Shown here piece by piece: positions 48,848 through 54,270 of a DNA stretch of 54,270 nucleotides. The translations under genes and the position numbers were made by a program. Each line of letters starts with the position of its first letter. The first letter of the stretch is position 1. The stretch is from Ruminococcus sp. (GTDB taxonomy: Bacteria > Bacillota > Clostridia > Oscillospirales > Ruminococcaceae): contig JAGCHA010000116.1 in NCBI GenBank assembly GCA_017649325.1, forward strand, positions 1 through 54,270. Reading direction: 5' to 3'. The notes under the pieces were generated by a model. That model was not told where the DNA came from, did not search any database, and saw only the letters and a list, made by a program, of their open reading frames with translations.

Positions 48848-49222
48848 TTACTTGAGCTCGATTGTAGCGCCAGCCTCTTCGAACTTAGCCTTGAGCTCGT
48901 TAGCCTCTGCCTCGGATACGCCTTCCTTGAGAGCCTTAGGAGCAGCCTCAACTTCTTCCTTAGCCTCCTTAAGGCCAAGACCGAGAACTTCCTTAGCAAC
49001 CTTGATAACTGCCATCTTAGCATCACCGAAGGATGTAAGAACTACGTCGAACTCTGTCTTTGCAGCCTCTGCACCGCCAGCAGCACCGCCAGCAGCAGGA
49101 GCAGCAGCAACCATTGCTGTTACGCCGAATTCTTCCTGGATAGCGTCTACGAGCTCAGCAAGCTCGAGAACAGAAAGAGTCTTGATATCTTCAACAAATT
49201 TTGTGATCTTCTCTGAAGCCAT
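48848..49222 (-). CDS. rplL: 50S ribosomal protein L7/L12
   Basis: [36 protein letters not shown]. Confidence 0.98.
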   Translation of the reverse strand: MASEKITKFVEDIKTLSVLELAELVDAIQEEFGVTAMVAAAPAAGGAAGGAEAAKTEFDVVLTSFGDAKMAVIKVAKEVLGLGLKEAKEEVEAAPKALKEGVSEAEANELKAKFEEAGATIELK

Positions 49223-49297
49223 GATAATAATCTCCTTTTAATTAATTTTACCGATATTCGGTCATTCTTCTAAGCTGCGTATTGATAATTACAGAAA

Positions 49298-49810
49298 TCA
49301 GGCAGCTTCCTCTGACTTCTTGTCTGCAACTGCCTTGAGGGTAGCTGCGAGCTTCTGCATCGGACCCTGGAGAGAGCCAACGAGCTGTGCGAGCAGAACG
49401 TCCTTCGAGGGGATCTTGGAAAGAGCGATAACTCCTGCCTGATCGTATACCTCACCTTCAACGAAGCCTGCCTTGAGGTTGAACTTCTCGTCGCCTGCCT
49501 TCTCAGCAAACTTGCCGAGGATTCGAGCGGGAGCAGTCTGGTCCTCATTTGAGAGAGCGATAGCGGTTGTTCCGTTGAGCGACTCCTCGAGACCTTCGAT
49601 TCCGACATTCTTGAATGCACGGAGAAGCATTGTGTTCTTCTCTACGAAGTAGTTGACGCCAGCCTCACGGAGCTCCTTTCTGAGCTTGGTATCCTCCTCA
49701 ACGGTGATACCCTTGTAGTCAACGAGAACGCCTGATACTGCATTCTTGAGGACGTCTGTGAGCTGCTCGACCTTTGCCTTCTTTGTTTCGAGAACTGCAT
49801 TGCTTGGCAT
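49298..49810 (-). CDS. rplJ: 50S ribosomal protein L10
   Basis: DYKGITV, LRKELR, VEKNTML, GTTAIA; upstream of rplL. Confidence 0.97.
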   Translation of the reverse strand: MPSNAVLETKKAKVEQLTDVLKNAVSGVLVDYKGITVEEDTKLRKELREAGVNYFVEKNTMLLRAFKNVGIEGLEESLNGTTAIALSNEDQTAPARILGKFAEKAGDEKFNLKAGFVEGEVYDQAGVIALSKIPSKDVLLAQLVGSLQGPMQKLAATLKAVADKKSEEAA

Positions 49811-49855
49811 TGTGTATTCACCTCCGAATAATTTATGTATCGTATTCAGAGTGCA

Positions 49856-49965
49856 ATAAAAATGTCCTTTGCCGACAGCTCGGGAAAGGACAATGATAGC
49901 TTATATCACTTGCAATTCCTCGGCGGGACTTACGGTCAAACCTGCCAGCTGTCTTTAGAATACGA
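49856..49965 (-). promoter_or_regulatory. L10 leader RNA with attenuator hairpin
   Basis: Minus strand CTAAAGACAGCTGG...CCCGCCGAGG core, then TGTCCTTT...AAAGGACA-TTTTT; TTGACA/TATAAT promoter just upstream. Confidence 0.75.
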
Positions 49966-50112
49966 TATGTACTGCTTTTTCAAGCAGCTTAATTATTATA
50001 CATCATAAATTTGGATTTGTCAAGGGGTATTTGCGATTTTTTTCAAATAATCAGTTTTTCCATAAAGCCAAAAGGCGGCCTGTTGGCAGCCTTCCGACAT
50101 TGAGGTGGTTGT

Positions 50113-51120
50113 TTATTGAGAATCGATCATGTCTTTTTCATTTGCTTCCTGCGGAAGCTCGTCATTTATCGGCTCTTCGGCAGCGGGTCCTTCTGCTGCT
50201 TCGGGAGCTGCGGGAGGCTCGGGGGCCTCGGGCGGTGCAGGGAGCGCTGCGGGTCCGTGACCTGCTCTGCCCTCATTGCCGTGCGGAGGCTCGGGATGCT
50301 CGGGATGCTCGTGAGAGGGCGGCTCTGGTGCCGTTGCCTTTTCATCGGGTGCTACGGGAGGAACAGGCTCCTCGGGAACTGTCGGAGGCACAACTGCGGG
50401 TGTAGTGTGCTTACCATCGGGCTTGGGTGCCTCATGAGGCGCTGTCGGAGCTGACGGCCTGGTCGCCTCCTCGTGCGCAGGACCGTTTTTCCCGGTCGCT
50501 GCGGGCGGAGTCGGCTTTTCATGGTTGGGGGGTGGTGTTTCCAGTTTCTTGATGTTGACATTGATATCGAGCTCCGATACCCTGTCCTCGAGCTCTGTCT
50601 TGTATTCCTCAAAGCCCTTATTGTCGTCGGGAACATATACATCAACGGTGTCTCCGCCCGATATATAGCCGTCCTCTACCTGTATTGCAAGGATATCGTT
50701 GGCGGTATCCATTCTGTCGTTCGTCTTGCCGTGAGCTTCAATGTACTTCTCGATTATCTCGTTGCCCTGCTCCGAATCGCTTTTCAGCCTTACTACGCTG
50801 CCCTTGTCATCGAGCTCCATCTCTATCTCCGCTGCCGCGGATACGAATACTACCGAACGGGGAGCGGGCTTTTCCTTGCCGAAGAAGCTGAATCCCGCAA
50901 CTGTTACTACAGTCAGGCACGCCGCTGCTGCTGCCATTTTCACGGCATGCATGATGATGCGCCTGCCGCCCGTTTTCTGCTTGTTTTCGGTCTCAAGCAG
51001 TATCGGCTCGGTCACGGTCTGTCCGACCTCGTAGTGCAGATTAGCTGCATTCACAAAGCGCGATTCCTCGTCCATAAGGACTGCATAGCCTTCGTGACAT
51101 TCCATTACAAGGTATTTCAT
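50113..51120 (-). CDS. Anti-sigma-I factor (RsgI-like) with Pro-rich C-terminus and no CBM
   Basis: Start MKYLVMECHEGYAVLMDEESRF (RsgI_N-like, YEVGQ) with ATGA overlap to sigI; TM helix; extracellular domain; Pro/Glu-rich tail. Confidence 0.8.
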   Translation of the reverse strand: MKYLVMECHEGYAVLMDEESRFVNAANLHYEVGQTVTEPILLETENKQKTGGRRIIMHAVKMAAAAACLTVVTVAGFSFFGKEKPAPRSVVFVSAAAEIEMELDDKGSVVRLKSDSEQGNEIIEKYIEAHGKTNDRMDTANDILAIQVEDGYISGGDTVDVYVPDDNKGFEEYKTELEDRVSELDINVNIKKLETPPPNHEKPTPPAATGKNGPAHEEATRPSAPTAPHEAPKPDGKHTTPAVVPPTVPEEPVPPVAPDEKATAPEPPSHEHPEHPEPPHGNEGRAGHGPAALPAPPEAPEPPAAPEAAEGPAAEEPINDELPQEANEKDMIDSQ

Positions 51121-51839
51121 GCTTCTCCCCCTCCTTTCAGTACCTGCATTATGTGTCCGCGCAGTATCTCGTAGCCGTTGGTGCATATCAGCAGCACTGC
51201 CACAAGATAGCGCCTGTGACGTTCGAGCGTCTTGCGCTCGACATTTGCTCCCTCCGCAAGCTTTGCTATGGGGACACGCTTGGTGCGGAGAAAGTCCTCG
51301 AGTATCTCGGAATTGCGGCGGGCGTAATATACCGCCTTCTGACAGCATTCCAGCGTTCTCTGCTGCTTAGGGGAGTTGTCGGCGATGTCCTGCATGGAGA
51401 CTCCGAATTCCGTCATCTGCGCCGAAAGCTCGGCTATCTCCTGCTTGGTCGCCTCGCGTATCTCTCCCTCTGCAAAGCTGTCGTGCTCGTCTTTTATTGT
51501 ATCTATCAAATCGGGACGGTCCTCGGACTCTTCGTCAAGCGAGACCGTTATCCTGTGCCTTTTTTCTTTGCGGTAGTGGTCTATCAGCCTGTTTTTTATC
51601 TTCATTGCGGCAAATTTCAGAAATGAGCCGCGAAGTCTCGAATATGTACGGATAGCCTCGTAGAAAGCAAACATGGCGATGCTGAGCTCGTCGTCGCTCT
51701 GCTCGGGCGGACGGTTCAGAAACTTTGCTGTCTCTGACCTGATGAATGGCATATACGCCGCGATAAGCTCGTCAGCGGCGGCGTTATCTTTTTTTGCCTG
51801 ATAGACTTGGGTTATGATTTGATGTGTATCCGGATCCAT
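51117..51839 (-). CDS. sigI: Alternative sigma factor, SigI family
   Basis: YMPFI, DDELSIAMFAFYEAI, SFLKFA...IKNRLIDHYRKE, SPK, RKTLERHRRY. Confidence 0.85.
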   Translation of the reverse strand: MDPDTHQIITQVYQAKKDNAAADELIAAYMPFIRSETAKFLNRPPEQSDDELSIAMFAFYEAIRTYSRLRGSFLKFAAMKIKNRLIDHYRKEKRHRITVSLDEESEDRPDLIDTIKDEHDSFAEGEIREATKQEIAELSAQMTEFGVSMQDIADNSPKQQRTLECCQKAVYYARRNSEILEDFLRTKRVPIAKLAEGANVERKTLERHRRYLVAVLLICTNGYEILRGHIMQVLKGGGEA

Positions 51840-51868
51840 TCAGATCACCCCCGTATCTTATTATAGTT

Positions 51869-51896
51869 TACGCAGAGTAATTCCCCAAAGTGGGGT
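51869..51896 (-). promoter_or_regulatory. Putative sigmaI-dependent autoregulatory promoter
   Basis: Minus strand ACCCC-19 nt-CGTA, resembling the C-tract/CGWA elements of sigmaI promoters. Confidence 0.55.
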
Positions 51897-51933
51897 AGTT
51901 TGAAAAAATTCTCAAAAAATTTTTAGGGCGCTG

Positions 51934-52173
51934 TCAGTCCATACCGCCCCATTTCACTAGTTCCGTCATCATCCAAAGGAAAATGCCGTGTTCAAGCAGC
52001 CATACTGCGGCAAATGAGACGGTCAGGGCAAGGAGATGCGGCTTCTTGCAGCGCTTTTTCGCCCTTCTGACACATGCATTCGCGCAGAGATAAAATGTTC
52101 CGAGCCACGTGATTGCATCCGCCGCTAAATATACAAATAGTAATATTGTCGGACTATTCAACAATTTGTTCAT
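51934..52173 (-). CDS. Small hypothetical membrane protein (2 TM)
   Basis: MNKLLNSPTILL start at 52173, 4 nt after the upstream stop, with an AAGGA RBS; two hydrophobic segments. Confidence 0.6.
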   Translation of the reverse strand: MNKLLNSPTILLFVYLAADAITWLGTFYLCANACVRRAKKRCKKPHLLALTVSFAAVWLLEHGIFLWMMTELVKWGGMD

Positions 52174-52177
52174 CGAT

Positions 52178-52945
52178 TCATTCCTTTTTCTCGAACTGCT
52201 CCGAAATACCCTCCTCGTTGTAGAAGGTGACATGGTCTCCGTCAAGGACGAAGGTGCTGTCGCCAAGCTCGTCGGCAAGGCTGCCCTCCTCCGTGTTCGC
52301 GAGCGTGAGACTGAACTCGTCGCCGTTCTGAGTATACTCGCAGAATTCGGGCAGACATACTATGAAGTTACCGTTCCTTATCCTCATCTGCACATCGAAG
52401 TCCGCTGTCTCATCACTTGTGACAAGCGCTGAAAGCTTCTCCTTGAAAAGGTCTGTCACGATATCGTACAAGCCGTCATAGCTGTCGGGGACAGGGTCGT
52501 CTCTGCGCTTCATCCTCAGAAATTCGATGCGCTCGCCGCTCTCCTCGTCAGTCGTATATATACCGAGTTCCGTGCCGTCGTACTCTGTGTTCTCGGGCGG
52601 AAATTCCTCGCCGCTGAGCATAAATACTCCGTCGCTCCTGAGCATCATTACCTCGGATATATCAAATTCTGCGCTTACCTTGCCGTTTTCCTGCAAGACG
52701 ATGTCGGCTTCGCTGCTCGCCCAGCGTCCGACGAGAACGCCGTCCTCATAGTCGTGGCGCTCATGGAAGGTGGCGGGCTCGGCGGTCGGGGCGGTCGTCG
52801 CCTCAGATGAAGCCTCGGTGGTCGGGGCGGTGGTGCTCTCGGCGATGACTATCGGTCTCACCGACGACTCCTCCTTGCCTCCGCATGAAACCAGCGACAG
52901 TGCTGCAGCTGTGACGGCGAGAATGGCTGTTATCCTTCTGTTCAT
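52178..52945 (-). CDS. Hypothetical lipoprotein
   Basis: Lipobox LVSC; T/A/P linker; beta-rich domain homologous to the neighbouring gene. Confidence 0.8.
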   Translation of the reverse strand: MNRRITAILAVTAAALSLVSCGGKEESSVRPIVIAESTTAPTTEASSEATTAPTAEPATFHERHDYEDGVLVGRWASSEADIVLQENGKVSAEFDISEVMMLRSDGVFMLSGEEFPPENTEYDGTELGIYTTDEESGERIEFLRMKRRDDPVPDSYDGLYDIVTDLFKEKLSALVTSDETADFDVQMRIRNGNFIVCLPEFCEYTQNGDEFSLTLANTEEGSLADELGDSTFVLDGDHVTFYNEEGISEQFEKKE

Positions 52946-52955
52946 GGCTTTTCCC

Positions 52956-53648
52956 TCACTTCACCTTCTTGAGGACTTCCTGCGCTCCGTCCTCGTAGGT
53001 GAGCGTGAGGGTATCCCCGTCTATCTTATATGTGTACTTTACCGAATCATCGACGTTCTTGACGTAGTTCATGTTCTCGCTGAACAGCTCGAGCGTTCCG
53101 TCGTTTGTCTCGAAATAGCAGTAATCCTTGACCGTGAATCTCAGTTTTTCGCCATCTATCCCGGCAAGCACTTTTATCTTGTCCGTGCTTATGGCAAGAT
53201 TATAGGCAAGCATATCGCGGTATGAGCCGCCGAGCAGCTCGTATTCGCCGTCGTAGCTGTCCTTGTTTTCGGCTCCCGTGCGCTTCATATCGAGCAGCAG
53301 TATGTCCTGCTGCCCCTCCTCTGCCTCATCATAGTGGTGGGAGACCTTCAGCGCCGTACCGTCGAACTCTATCTCCTCCTTGCCGACCTTCGTCGACTCC
53401 ATAGAAAATGAGCCGTCGCTGTTGAAGTGCGCGGATGAGCTGAAATCTATCGGCAGCGAGACTGTCCTGTCCTCGGCGAAAATGTAGCCGTTGGCTCCGC
53501 TGCTCCACTCTCCGAGTATGGCGCTGTCTATTTCAGTGACGCTGACGCGCGCCTCCTTCGAGCTCTTATCCGTCTGCTTGTCGGAACAGCCGACAAGAGC
53601 TGTACCTGCCATTGCGGCTGCAAGTATCAGTGCTGTTATCCTTTTCAT
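52956..53648 (-). CDS. Hypothetical lipoprotein (paralog of 52178-52945)
   Basis: Lipobox LVGC; GGAGG RBS; shared motifs GxWxS, SDGxF, ExDGTxL, MKR, DSYDGxY, DGD. Confidence 0.8.
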   Translation of the reverse strand: MKRITALILAAAMAGTALVGCSDKQTDKSSKEARVSVTEIDSAILGEWSSGANGYIFAEDRTVSLPIDFSSSAHFNSDGSFSMESTKVGKEEIEFDGTALKVSHHYDEAEEGQQDILLLDMKRTGAENKDSYDGEYELLGGSYRDMLAYNLAISTDKIKVLAGIDGEKLRFTVKDYCYFETNDGTLELFSENMNYVKNVDDSVKYTYKIDGDTLTLTYEDGAQEVLKKVK

Positions 53649-53661
53649 ATTATCCTCCGAA

Positions 53662-54270
53662 TCATATTTCGTCCATTGAGAGAGTAGCTACTGCATTGAG
53701 GCTCTCGTCCGCGGTGATGCCCGCTATAAGGTTGTAGCTGCCCTGACAGCCTATCATCGCGCCGTTATCGCCGCAAAGGCTCTTCTCGGGCATATAAAAG
53801 CTGTAGCCGCGCTTTTCGCAAGCCTCCGACATCGCCGCGCGCACGCCCGAATTCGCGGAAACTCCGCCTGCGAGCGCTATCTTCTTATAGCCGAGTGCCT
53901 CAGCTGCGAGCATAGTCTTGCCTGTGAGTATCTCCGCTATCGTGGCTTGCAGGCTCGCCGAAAGGTCGTTCCTGTCGATGTTCTCACCCTTCTGCTCGGC
54001 ATGGTGGAGCAGATTTATCACGTTGGTCTTGAGTCCCGAGAAGCTGAGGTCAAACTCGTTGCCCGCGACCGCGGGGTGCGGCAGCCTGAAAGCCTTCGGG
54101 TCGCCCGACTGTGCAGCTTTGTCGACGTGGACTCCTCCCGGATACGGAAAGCCCATAGCACGGGCACACTTGTCAAAGCACTCCCCTGCTGCGTCGTCGC
54201 GGGTGCGTCCGACTACGCGGAATTTCGTGTAGCTCAGCACCTCGATGATGTGGCTGTGTCCGCCGCTCGC
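53662..54270 (-). CDS. tsaD: tRNA N6-adenosine threonylcarbamoyltransferase TsaD (5' end outside the window)
   Basis: SGGHSH, TRDDAAGECFDK, YPGG, SFSGLKT, AGGVSANS, DNGAMIG. Confidence 0.96.
   Translation of the reverse strand, partial: ASGGHSHIIEVLSYTKFRVVGRTRDDAAGECFDKCARAMGFPYPGGVHVDKAAQSGDPKAFRLPHPAVAGNEFDLSFSGLKTNVINLLHHAEQKGENIDRNDLSASLQATIAEILTGKTMLAAEALGYKKIALAGGVSANSGVRAAMSEACEKRGYSFYMPEKSLCGDNGAMIGCQGSYNLIAGITADESLNAVATLSMDEI

Overview
A mostly core-chromosomal window from a cellulosome-producing Oscillospiraceae bacterium. It looks Ruminococcus flavefaciens-like, inferred from four dockerin-bearing proteins of three different dockerin styles, a sigI/rsgI pair and the gene order. 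Housekeeping genes: sigG, rny, proBA, tRNA-Leu(GAG), pdxK, spoVG, murC-lexA-zapA-U32-dut-mreBCD-PBP2, rplJL with an L10 leader, and a partial tsaD. Accessory content: a pectin-oligomer ABC importer with a GH105 hydrolase, two GGDEF proteins (one missed by the ORF track), an M16C peptidase, a GH5 cellulase, and dockerin-tagged M6 protease, SGNH hydrolase and CAP protein. I found no transposase, integrase, prophage or CRISPR array, and no obvious new multi-gene system. The best leads are small. They are an MgtL-like leader peptide and terminator ahead of a CorB/CNNM-type transporter, a second leader/attenuator ahead of a GNAT, an orphan R-S-E ADP-ribosyltransferase, an anti-sigmaI lacking the Asn-Pro autocleavage site, a parS site overlapping a LexA-like box beside an unexplained structured element, and a YfhO gene broken by two in-frame stops. 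All assignments are by eye and no database searches were run.
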